Notes under the pieces: generated by a model | Databases searched by the model: none | What the model was told of the DNA's origin: nothing | What the model saw: the letters and a program-made list of their open reading frames with translations, nothing else | Position numbers and translations under genes: made by a program | Assembly: GCA_028715785.1 (NCBI GenBank) | Contig: JAQURC010000001.1 | Coordinates: forward strand, 76,766-140,765 | Source of the DNA: Candidatus Omnitrophota bacterium | GTDB lineage: Bacteria; Omnitrophota; Gorgyraeia; Gygaellales; Profunditerraquicolaceae | Reading direction: 5' to 3' | Length of the DNA stretch: 64,000 nucleotides | Shown here: piece after piece, positions 9,473 to 17,010 of the stretch | Layout of the letters: every line of letters starts with the position of its first letter | Position numbering within the stretch: position 1 is the first letter of the stretch

Positions 9473-9889
9473 ATGTTTAAGAAGAAAATTACCCCAAGAA
9501 TGTTGGCGGTGCTTATTTCTACGGACGTGCTGGAAACTTTTACGCACCTATTTTTCAAGAAAAGCGCTTTGCCTGAAAGCGCGCTGCAGATCGATAATTT
9601 AGCCGGAGCGTTAATTTTTCTCAAAGCCGTTTTTTCCTCGCCTTTTTTATGGTGCGGGCTGGTTATGGTTTTTTTGGTTTTTATCATCTGGTCAACCATC
9701 CTTTCCAGGATAGATTTAAGCGTTGCTGTAGCGGTGTGCAGTTTCAGTTATATCCTGGTCCCGGTGACCTCCGTTGTCTTCTTAAACGAAAAGATCAGTA
9801 TTTTAAGATGGCTGGGGATAGTCTTCATCTTGATCGGGATTATTTTTGTTGCCGCAAGCAGCAAAGAAAAAATAGAGGGCCGCTTATGA
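9473..9889 (+). CDS. Small EamA/SMR-like membrane protein, ArnE-like flippase subunit
   Basis: 138 aa with 4 TM segments; tandem with a paralog. Confidence 0.5.
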   Translation: MFKKKITPRMLAVLISTDVLETFTHLFFKKSALPESALQIDNLAGALIFLKAVFSSPFLWCGLVMVFLVFIIWSTILSRIDLSVAVAVCSFSYILVPVTSVVFLNEKISILRWLGIVFILIGIIFVAASSKEKIEGRL

Positions 9890-10269
9890 AGGCGAATTTG
9901 TTCTTCATTCTTTCTTTAATTGCCTTGACCAGTATTTGCGACACCATCAGCCAGATTTTTTTAAAATCCACGATTAACTCGTTGAGTTTTAATTTCTCCT
10001 GGCATCTAATTAAATTTTTCAGGTTCATCCTTAAAATTATGCTGGCACCCCTGGTTTGGCTGGGCCTATTTTTCAGCATAACCTCTTTATGCGTTTGGTT
10101 ATTCGTCCTCTCCAAGGCGGACCTCAATTTCGCCTTTTCCGCCGACAGCATGCACTATATTTTTATCGCCCTGGCCGCTAAGTTTTTCTTAAGAGAAAAA
10201 GTCGGCTGGCAGCGCTGGCTGGGGATATTATCCATAATCGCGGGAATAGTTTTTGTGAGCTTAAGCTAA
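9886..10269 (+). CDS. Small EamA/SMR-like membrane protein, ArnF-like flippase subunit
   Basis: ATG at 9886 overlaps the upstream TGA (ATGA). 128 aa with 4 TM segments. The track ORF 9649-10269 is an N-terminal over-extension in the same frame. Confidence 0.5.
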   Translation: MKANLFFILSLIALTSICDTISQIFLKSTINSLSFNFSWHLIKFFRFILKIMLAPLVWLGLFFSITSLCVWLFVLSKADLNFAFSADSMHYIFIALAAKFFLREKVGWQRWLGILSIIAGIVFVSLS

Positions 10270-10347
10270 GCCCCTATTTAATTTTTTCTTGACAAATGAT
10301 ACTAACATGGTATCATATAATCTATAGATCAAAGGAGGTGATTGAGT

Positions 10348-10431
10348 ATGGATATCACGGTTAAATATATGCTCAGGCCGGTGGCGCATTGTAAAGAGGG
10401 TTGCAGTAAATTGTCCCGGGCAAGACGATAA
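10348..10431 (+). CDS. 27-aa upstream small ORF/leader peptide MDITVKYMLRPVAHCKEGCSKLSRARR
   Basis: Strong AAAGGAGGTGA RBS 7 nt upstream. Followed by a CGGGCA...TGCCCG hairpin and a T-run. Confidence 0.3.
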   Translation: MDITVKYMLRPVAHCKEGCSKLSRARR

Positions 10432-10472
10432 ACTGCCCGCTCGTTTTTATAGAATATCTTAGGAGTGTATTT

Positions 10473-10865
10473 ATGAAACTGATTACCAGGAATACCGATT
10501 ATGCTTTGCAGGCGCTTTGCTATCTGTCAAAGCACCGGGAGGTTGTAACGGTAGATGAGTTGGTCAAAAAACTCGGTGTGCCGCGGCCGTTTATGCGCAA
10601 GATCCTTCAGCGGTTAAATAAAGAAAGGATCTTAGGGTCTTATAAGGGCCAGGGAGGAGGTTTTAAGCTTGCGGTCCCCCCCGCAAAAATTTTTATAATC
10701 AAGATAATGCGTATTTTTCAAGGCAAGGTGGGTTTAAACGGCTGTTTTTTAAAAAAAGATATCTGTCCGAATAAAGGCAGGTGTGTTTTACGCAAAAAGA
10801 TCCACGCTATTGAAAATAATGTTGTTAAGCAGCTTAGGGAGATAAATATTGCCGCTTTAATTTAG
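10473..10865 (+). CDS. Rrf2 family transcriptional regulator (IscR/NsrR-like)
   Basis: N-terminal MKLITRNTDYALQALCYLS, typical of Rrf2 HTH proteins. Confidence 0.8.
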   Translation: MKLITRNTDYALQALCYLSKHREVVTVDELVKKLGVPRPFMRKILQRLNKERILGSYKGQGGGFKLAVPPAKIFIIKIMRIFQGKVGLNGCFLKKDICPNKGRCVLRKKIHAIENNVVKQLREINIAALI

Positions 10866-10872
10866 GAAAAGT

Positions 10873-11466
10873 ATGGCTAAGAGAAAAATTATCAATATTG
10901 ATGAAGAGAAATGTAATGGATGCGGCCTGTGCATACCCAACTGCCCGGAGGGTGCAATTCGGATCATTGATAAGAAAGCCCGGTTAATCAGTGATTTATT
11001 CTGTGACGGCCTGGGCGCCTGCCTTGGTTATTGCCCGCAAGGGGCAATTAGCATAGAAGAAAGGGAGGCTGCTCCGTATGATGGGAAAAAAGTAAACATT
11101 GGTTCTGGGCTGTGCCAATGGCCGATACAGCTGTGTCTTGTGCCGGCACATGCCCCATACTTTGAAGGGGCGGATGTTTTAATTTCCGCTGATTGCGTGC
11201 CGTTTGCCTACGCTGATTTTCATCAGGATTTATTAAGAAATAAAATTCTTCTGGTTGGTTGTCCCAAGTTTGATGATATATCTCTATACCGAGAAAAGCT
11301 CAAGCAGATATTTACGGAAAATAATATTAAATCCGTAACCTGCGCGCACATGGAGGTCCCTTGTTGTTTTGGCTTGCTTCCCGTAATTAATGCAGCGCTT
11401 AAAGGGTCGGGTAAGAAGATACCGTTTGAGGATATTACTATTAGTATTAAAGGAAAGAAGGTTTGA
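10873..11466 (+). CDS. 4Fe-4S ferredoxin-domain protein
   Basis: CNGCGLCIPNCPEGAI and CDGLGACLGYCPQGAI cluster motifs. Confidence 0.7.
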   Translation: MAKRKIINIDEEKCNGCGLCIPNCPEGAIRIIDKKARLISDLFCDGLGACLGYCPQGAISIEEREAAPYDGKKVNIGSGLCQWPIQLCLVPAHAPYFEGADVLISADCVPFAYADFHQDLLRNKILLVGCPKFDDISLYREKLKQIFTENNIKSVTCAHMEVPCCFGLLPVINAALKGSGKKIPFEDITISIKGKKV

Positions 11467-11575
11467 TGTTTGATAAGTGTTGCGGCTCAAGTAAAAAGCA
11501 GTTGCTATCCTGCTTACTTTGTTGTACCTTAATATTAAAGGAAGATTTAAAGCAAACATAAAAAAGGAGGCAAAG

Positions 11576-11917
11576 ATGTGTATGGTAAGGTTATCGCATT
11601 TGATGGCCGTTGTGCCGATCTCGCTCCTATTGACCGTAAGTTTTTTTGTCCTTTTTGTGATGCGCAAGATTGAAGATAAAGCCCTTAAAACCTTTGGCTA
11701 TGTGGTAATTAGTTTCCTTTGGCTGGCGGCGCTGGTTGTGTTTTCAGGCGCGGTTTATAAGACGGCTAAAGGCGCTATGGCAATGAAATGTATGATGCAT
11801 AAAGGCGGCATGCCGGCTATGGTTATGCCTGAAAAAGGCCCGCTCCCTAAAGATGATAAAAAGCCCGCTGCCCCCAAAGGCGAGGCTAACAAAGGGATTA
11901 TTTTTAAAGCCCAATAG
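11576..11917 (+). CDS. Small membrane protein (2 TM) with a Lys/Pro-rich C-tail; unknown function
   Basis: AAGGAGG RBS before ATG 11576. The track ORF from 11519 is over-extended. Confidence 0.4.
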   Translation: MCMVRLSHLMAVVPISLLLTVSFFVLFVMRKIEDKALKTFGYVVISFLWLAALVVFSGAVYKTAKGAMAMKCMMHKGGMPAMVMPEKGPLPKDDKKPAAPKGEANKGIIFKAQ

Positions 11918-11948
11918 TTGGTTTAGCGGATATGTTCGGGAGGGCAAA

Positions 11949-12110
11949 ATGAGCAAATATAAATGTCTGGTTTGCGGCTATATTTATGACCCCGGCGCAG
12001 GGGATCCGGATAATGGGATTGCCCCCGGGACTAGTTTTGAAGACCTGCCGGATACCTGGGTTTGCCCTGAATGCGGGGTGGGCAAGGACCAGTTTGAAAA
12101 AATAGTTTGA
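11949..12110 (+). CDS. rub: Rubredoxin
   Basis: [10 protein letters not shown]...[13 protein letters not shown], two CxxCG knuckles. GGGAGGG RBS. The track ORF from 11853 is an upstream over-extension. Confidence 0.9.
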   Translation: MSKYKCLVCGYIYDPGAGDPDNGIAPGTSFEDLPDTWVCPECGVGKDQFEKIV

Positions 12111-12138
12111 TTGGTATGTGTTATCGCGGCGGATAAGA

Positions 12139-12843
12139 ATGCCCGTAGAAATCAGAGCCAAGATAAAAGAAATTATCCAGCGCAATTATAACGTAAAGAG
12201 TTTTCGCCTGGAGGTTCCCGGCACCCTGGATTTTAAAGCCGGCCAGTTCCTGTCGGTTGAGCTTGAAAATAATCCAAAATTTAGAAGATACCTTTCTATC
12301 TCCAGCTCTCCGACTGAAAAATGCCATTTGGAATTTACCAAGAAACTGACCCAGAGTGATTTTTCCAAGGCGCTGAATAATCTAAAAGCAGGCGATCAAG
12401 TTAGCATCGAGTATCCCTTTGGGAAATTTATCCTGGATGAATCTTTGGCCAAGGTTGCTTTTTTGTCCGGAGGCATAGGAATTACTCCTGTCCGCAGTAT
12501 CTGTAAATACGCGGTTGATAAAAATTTGGGCATCGATATGGTGCTGGTTTATTCTAACCGGTCGGTGCGGGATATAGTTTTTAAGGATGATTTTGACGCT
12601 ATGGCCAAGAGTTATCCTTCTTTGAAAATCGCGCATGTCCTGTGTGAGACCGAAACCGGCTTTAAATGCACTGTCGGCCTGATTAACAGCAGCGTAATCA
12701 GGAATGAAATCCCGGATTATCGGGAGAGAAAGTTTTATCTTTGCGGCCCGCCGCAGATGGTCGAGGCGATGCGTAAGATACTGGTTGAGGAGATGGGTTT
12801 AAATAGCGGCAGGATTATTACCGAGAATTTTCAGGGCTATTAG
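12139..12843 (+). CDS. FAD/NAD(P)-binding oxidoreductase (FNR-like reductase; probable rubredoxin/FDP reductase partner)
   Basis: FNR-like beta-barrel and NAD-binding motifs (RxYS-like RYLSISS, GGIGITP). Start could alternatively be GTG 12118. Confidence 0.6.
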   Translation: MPVEIRAKIKEIIQRNYNVKSFRLEVPGTLDFKAGQFLSVELENNPKFRRYLSISSSPTEKCHLEFTKKLTQSDFSKALNNLKAGDQVSIEYPFGKFILDESLAKVAFLSGGIGITPVRSICKYAVDKNLGIDMVLVYSNRSVRDIVFKDDFDAMAKSYPSLKIAHVLCETETGFKCTVGLINSSVIRNEIPDYRERKFYLCGPPQMVEAMRKILVEEMGLNSGRIITENFQGY

Positions 12844-12910
12844 CACCCCGCGCTTAAAGGAGTTGCGCGCCTGCCTGCCGGCAGGGGTGTGCCTTACTGG
12901 CAAGGAGGAA
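12844..12910 (+). repeat. Structured intergenic repeat, copy B
   Basis: CACCCCGCGCTTAAAGGAGTTGCGCGCCTGCCTGCCGGCAGGGGTGTGCCTTACTGGCAAGGAGG, immediately 5' of the fprA ATG. Confidence 0.7.
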
Positions 12911-12913
12911 ATT

Positions 12914-14101
12914 ATGGCGGCGCTAGAAATATTACCGGGCATATATTCGGTGGGAGTAGTAGATTGGAATGTGCGTAATTTCCACGGGCATACTTATACC
13001 ACCCGGAGGGGCTCGACTTACAACGCCTACCTGATTATCGATGAGAAAATTGCCCTTGTCGATACCGTTTATACCCCATTTTCTGAAGAATTGATCAATA
13101 ACATCAAAGAAGTTGTCCCTCTGGGAAAGATCGACTATATTATCGCCAATCATGTTGAGGTTGATCACTCCGGGGCCTTGCCCAGCATCATGGCGCTTTG
13201 CTCCAAAGCCAGGATTTTAGGTACCGCCAAATGCAAGGAAGGGCTTTACCGGCATTATTACCAAAACTGGAATTTTCAAACCGTTAAGACGGGAGATAAG
13301 TTAGAATTAGGTCGGCGCACCCTTAATTTTATCGAGGCTCCGATGATCCATTGGCCGGATAGCATGTTCACTTATTGCCCGCTTGATTCCCTGCTCATGC
13401 CTAATGACGCCTTTGGCCAGCATTTCGCCACCGCCGAGCGGTTTGACGACCAGGTTGATCAATGCGCGCTAATGGAAGAGGCAGAGGAGTATTATGCCAA
13501 TATCCTTTGGCCGCTTAATTCCGTAATTTCAAGGAAGATCCAGGAGATACAGAAATTAAATGTACCGATTAAAATGATCGCCCCCAGCCACGGGATTATC
13601 TGGCGTAAGGACCCGGCTAAGATAATCAACGCCTATCGTTCCTGGAGCGCGGGGGATACCAAAAATAAAGCGGTGGTTGTTTATGAGACGATGTGGGGGG
13701 CAACTGATAAGATGGCTAAACAAATAGCCCAAGGCATAGCCAGCCAAGGCATAGAAGTCAAACTTTATAATATCGCGGAAACCGACCGTACCGAGGTAAT
13801 TACGCAGATGTTATCGGCCAGAGGTTTTCTTTTTGGTTCCTCCACCCATGATAATGATATGCTGCCCAATATTGCCGCATTCCTGGAAATAGTCAAAGGC
13901 TTAAAACCTAAGGGCAGGCAGATTAGTTTCTTTGGTTCTTATGGCTGGGCCGGCGGGGCAGTTGGCGAGATGCAGGAGCTGCTCAAAGATAGCGGGGCGG
14001 ATTTTACTATCCCCGGCATAGCTTTTAAATATGTCCCTGATCAGGCCGAATTGGAGAGCTGTTTTGAATTTGGCAGCAAATTTGCCAAAATCTTGAAATG
14101 A
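12914..14101 (+). CDS. fprA: Flavodiiron protein (FprA/ROO; O2/NO reductase)
   Basis: Metallo-beta-lactamase-like N-domain with HVEVDHSG plus a C-terminal flavodoxin domain. ATG 12914 follows the AAGGAGG of the repeat element. Confidence 0.8.
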   Translation: MAALEILPGIYSVGVVDWNVRNFHGHTYTTRRGSTYNAYLIIDEKIALVDTVYTPFSEELINNIKEVVPLGKIDYIIANHVEVDHSGALPSIMALCSKARILGTAKCKEGLYRHYYQNWNFQTVKTGDKLELGRRTLNFIEAPMIHWPDSMFTYCPLDSLLMPNDAFGQHFATAERFDDQVDQCALMEEAEEYYANILWPLNSVISRKIQEIQKLNVPIKMIAPSHGIIWRKDPAKIINAYRSWSAGDTKNKAVVVYETMWGATDKMAKQIAQGIASQGIEVKLYNIAETDRTEVITQMLSARGFLFGSSTHDNDMLPNIAAFLEIVKGLKPKGRQISFFGSYGWAGGAVGEMQELLKDSGADFTIPGIAFKYVPDQAELESCFEFGSKFAKILK

Positions 14102-14568
14102 AAAAGATCCCCGCCGAAATTATTAATTTTTTAGGCGCCCAGGATTTTGTGATAATCTCTTCCATAGACAAAGCCGGTTTTCCCCATAGTTCATGCAAGG
14201 CGATAATCAGGATAGACCAGGCCGGCAGGATTTTTTTGGTGGATCTTTACCATGGGGCAACCTGTGAGAATATAAAAGCTAACCCGCGAATAAGCATTAG
14301 CGCCGTTGATGAGCATAAGTTTGCCGGCTATTGCCTTAAAGGCAGGGGAGAAATTATGTCCGGTAACAATATCAGCCAGGAGATCATTAAAATCTGGGAG
14401 GATAATATTACCGGCCGGCTGGCAAAAAGATTGTTGAAGAACTTGTCCGGAGACAGGGGCCACGGCCATCATCCCGAAGCCAGCCTGCCGCATCCCAAAC
14501 ATATTATCGTAATTAAAGTGGAAGAGATAGTTGACCTTGCTCCGGTCCATTTGAGAAAGGAAAAATAA
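14098..14568 (+). CDS. Pyridoxamine 5'-phosphate oxidase-like FMN-binding family protein
   Basis: PNPOx-like split-barrel pattern over 156 aa. Confidence 0.5.
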   Translation: MKKIPAEIINFLGAQDFVIISSIDKAGFPHSSCKAIIRIDQAGRIFLVDLYHGATCENIKANPRISISAVDEHKFAGYCLKGRGEIMSGNNISQEIIKIWEDNITGRLAKRLLKNLSGDRGHGHHPEASLPHPKHIIVIKVEEIVDLAPVHLRKEK

Positions 14569-14569
14569 T

Positions 14570-14806
14570 ATGGCCAAGAGCGTGATAGTCTATAGTACTC
14601 CGACTTGCCCCTGGTGCATCCGGGTCAAACAGTTTTTAAAAGAGAACAACATATTATTTTTAGATTGGGATGTGTCCGTTGATCAGGCCGCCGCGGATGA
14701 GATGATCAAGAAGAGCGGCCAGATGGGGGTGCCGGTGCTGGATATCGACGGACAGATTATCGTGGGGTTTGATAAAGAAAAAATTAAAGCAGCTTTAGGA
14801 GTATAA
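14570..14806 (+). CDS. Glutaredoxin-like protein (YruB/NrdH-like)
   Basis: YSTPTCPWC thioredoxin-fold active site; 78 aa. Confidence 0.75.
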   Translation: MAKSVIVYSTPTCPWCIRVKQFLKENNILFLDWDVSVDQAAADEMIKKSGQMGVPVLDIDGQIIVGFDKEKIKAALGV

Positions 14807-14822
14807 GTTATATTTTGTACTC

Positions 14823-14972
14823 AGGACTTTGTCGCGTGCGAAATTTTTCGCCGTCTGCTGCTGTTTACGACTCACTCTCGGACTGACTTACGTTGTAAGA
14901 ATGTCCTCCGTTCGTCGTAATTCCTTGCACACAGTTGCCGAAAAATTTCTAATTGCACGTTTACAAAGTCCT
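14823..14972. repeat. ~150-bp element bounded by ~30-bp imperfect inverted repeats (MITE-like or double operator)
   Basis: AGGACTTTGTCGCGTGCGAAATTTTTCG at 14823-14850 is the reverse complement of CGAAAAATTTCTAATTGCACGTTTACAAAGTCCT at 14939-14972 apart from small indels. Confidence 0.5.
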
Positions 14973-14994
14973 TCGACAAAATATGATTAACATT

Positions 14995-15906
14995 ATGCAT
15001 ATCTACGATTTGATTATTATCGGGGCAGGGCCGGCGGGAATTACCGCCAGTGTTTATGCCGCCAGGAAAAAATTGGATTTTCTGGTGGTTAGCCTGGATA
15101 TCGGCGGCCAGACCGCCTGGAGCGGGGATATCGAAAATTATACGGGATACCAGTTCATTACCGGACCGGAATTGACCCAGAAGTTCCAAGAGCATATGCG
15201 TAAATACGATATTGCCTTAAAAGAAAATGAAGAGGTTTTAGGGCTTGAGAAAACCGGCGAGATATTTTTAGTCAAGACCAGTAAGGCGGATTATCAGGCC
15301 CATAGCGTGATCATTGCTTCCGGAAAAAAATCCAGGGAGCTGGGGGTCCCGGGGGAGAAAGAATTCAAGAATCGCGGCCTGACATATTGCGCTACCTGCG
15401 ACGGCCCGTTATTTACGGGCAAAGTTGTGGCGGTAATCGGGGGCGGAAACTCGGCGCTGGATGCTGCCCTGCAGCTGATGAAAATCGCCAAACATGTCTA
15501 TATTATCAATAATACCGGCCGGCTGGCCGGGGATGCGATCATGCTCCAAAAGGCGCAGGAAGCCGGCAACGTTACAATTTTAAATAATCATCAGGTCAGC
15601 GCTGTCTTGGGAGATAAATTTGTCCGCGCGATTAAAATCAAGAATAAGGATCAGGAAAAAGAGTTGGCCGTCGAAGGGGTATTTGTGGAGATCGGGCTTA
15701 TTCCCAACTCCGGGTTCCTTAAGGATATAGAAAAGAACGCGGCAAATGAGATAAATATAAATTTATCTAACCAGACCAATGTCCCTGGGGTATTTGCCGC
15801 AGGCGACGTAACCAATGTTTTAGAGAAGCAGATTATTATTGCCGCAGGCGAAGGATCGAAGGCTGCCTTGAGCGCCTTCCGTTACCTGGCCCAGAAAAAA
15901 TTTTAG
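14995..15906 (+). CDS. trxB: Thioredoxin-disulfide reductase
   Basis: IIIGAGPAG FAD motif and CATCDG redox-active disulfide. An alternative start lies at 14983. Confidence 0.85.
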   Translation: MHIYDLIIIGAGPAGITASVYAARKKLDFLVVSLDIGGQTAWSGDIENYTGYQFITGPELTQKFQEHMRKYDIALKENEEVLGLEKTGEIFLVKTSKADYQAHSVIIASGKKSRELGVPGEKEFKNRGLTYCATCDGPLFTGKVVAVIGGGNSALDAALQLMKIAKHVYIINNTGRLAGDAIMLQKAQEAGNVTILNNHQVSAVLGDKFVRAIKIKNKDQEKELAVEGVFVEIGLIPNSGFLKDIEKNAANEININLSNQTNVPGVFAAGDVTNVLEKQIIIAAGEGSKAALSAFRYLAQKKF

Positions 15907-15971
15907 AAAATAAGTTGTGGGGAATCCAGGTGATGGTACAATAAGTCAAAAATTAGGAGGAGGAAAATAAA

Positions 15972-16193
15972 ATGAGAGACAGGATTGAAAAAGCGTTAGA
16001 TAAGGTCAGGCCGATGCTGGCCGCAGACGGCGGGAATGTCGAGTTGGTCGAGGTTACCAGTGATGGGATAGTCAAGTTGAGGTTAAAAGGAAGCTGCGGG
16101 TGCTGTCCGATGAGCTCGATGACCTTAAAGATGGGGATTGAAAAGATCTTAAGGCAGGAAGTCCCGGAAATCAAAGAAGTCATCGCTTTATAG
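15972..16193 (+). CDS. NifU-like (Nfu) Fe-S cluster scaffold/carrier domain protein
   Basis: GGNVELVEV...GSCGCCPMS NifU C-terminal-domain motif. Confidence 0.8.
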   Translation: MRDRIEKALDKVRPMLAADGGNVELVEVTSDGIVKLRLKGSCGCCPMSSMTLKMGIEKILRQEVPEIKEVIAL

Positions 16194-16206
16194 AAGAAAT
16201 TTTCCA

Positions 16207-17010
16207 ATGATTCTTCGAGATAAGCTGGATTTTCTTAAACGCAAAATTTGCGGATACAAATCCTGCGTAGTAGCGTTCTCCGGAGGACAGGACAGCGCTT
16301 TTTTGCTTAAAGCTTGTTCGCTGGCGCTGCCGGCAGATAGGATATTGGCGGTGACGGCAGTTTCTGCCACTTATCCGCAGGCAGAGCTGGCCAAGGCAAA
16401 AATACTGGCTAAAGATGTCGGGGTAAGGCTCAAAGTAATCAATACCCGCGAGCTGGACAATAAAAAGTTTGCCGCTAACCCCATTAAACGCTGCTATTTT
16501 TGCAAAAAGGAACTTTTTTCAAAATTAATCGCGATTGCCAGGCAGAATAAGTTAGATTCTGTTCTGGAGGCAAGCAACATTACCGATAAAAAAGATTATC
16601 GTCCGGGAAATATTGCTAAAATCGAGCTTAAAATAAAGTCGCCTTTAATGGAGACCGGTTTTAGCAAAGAAGATATCCGTAAATTAAGCAGGAGGATGGG
16701 GCTTTCCAGTTGGAATAAACCCAGTCTGGCCTGCCTTGCTTCGCGCATACCTTACGGCACTAAAATTACCGCCAAGCTGCTTAAGCGTATTGATCAGGCG
16801 GAGGAATATTTGATCGGCTTGGGTTTTAAGCAGGTGCGCTTACGCCATTATAACGGGCTCTGCCGCATTGAAGTGGATAAAAAAGATATGCCGCGCCTGT
16901 TAAAGAAACGCCAGGCGGTAGTTGAGCGCTTAAAAGATTTAGGGTATAATTATATTACTTTAGATTTAGAAGGGTATCGGCAGGGAAGTTTAAACGAGGT
17001 AATCAGATGA
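16207..17010 (+). CDS. LarE-family PP-loop ATP-dependent sulfur transferase (TIGR00268-like)
   Basis: AFSGGQDS PP-loop and PSLACLASRIPYG, which matches the LarE catalytic SCLASR cysteine motif. Confidence 0.65.
   Translation: MILRDKLDFLKRKICGYKSCVVAFSGGQDSAFLLKACSLALPADRILAVTAVSATYPQAELAKAKILAKDVGVRLKVINTRELDNKKFAANPIKRCYFCKKELFSKLIAIARQNKLDSVLEASNITDKKDYRPGNIAKIELKIKSPLMETGFSKEDIRKLSRRMGLSSWNKPSLACLASRIPYGTKITAKLLKRIDQAEEYLIGLGFKQVRLRHYNGLCRIEVDKKDMPRLLKKRQAVVERLKDLGYNYITLDLEGYRQGSLNEVIR

Noticed and set aside
9649-10269. 206-aa ORF overlapping the ArnE-like gene
   Set aside because: It is the ArnF-like gene's frame extended upstream through the preceding gene. The ATG at 9886 overlapping the upstream TGA gives a sensible 128-aa 4-TM protein.
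14872-15195. Minus-strand 107-aa ORF spanning the trxB start and the inverted-repeat element
   Set aside because: Overlaps the trxB coding region antisense and the non-coding IR element; no RBS; composition atypical.
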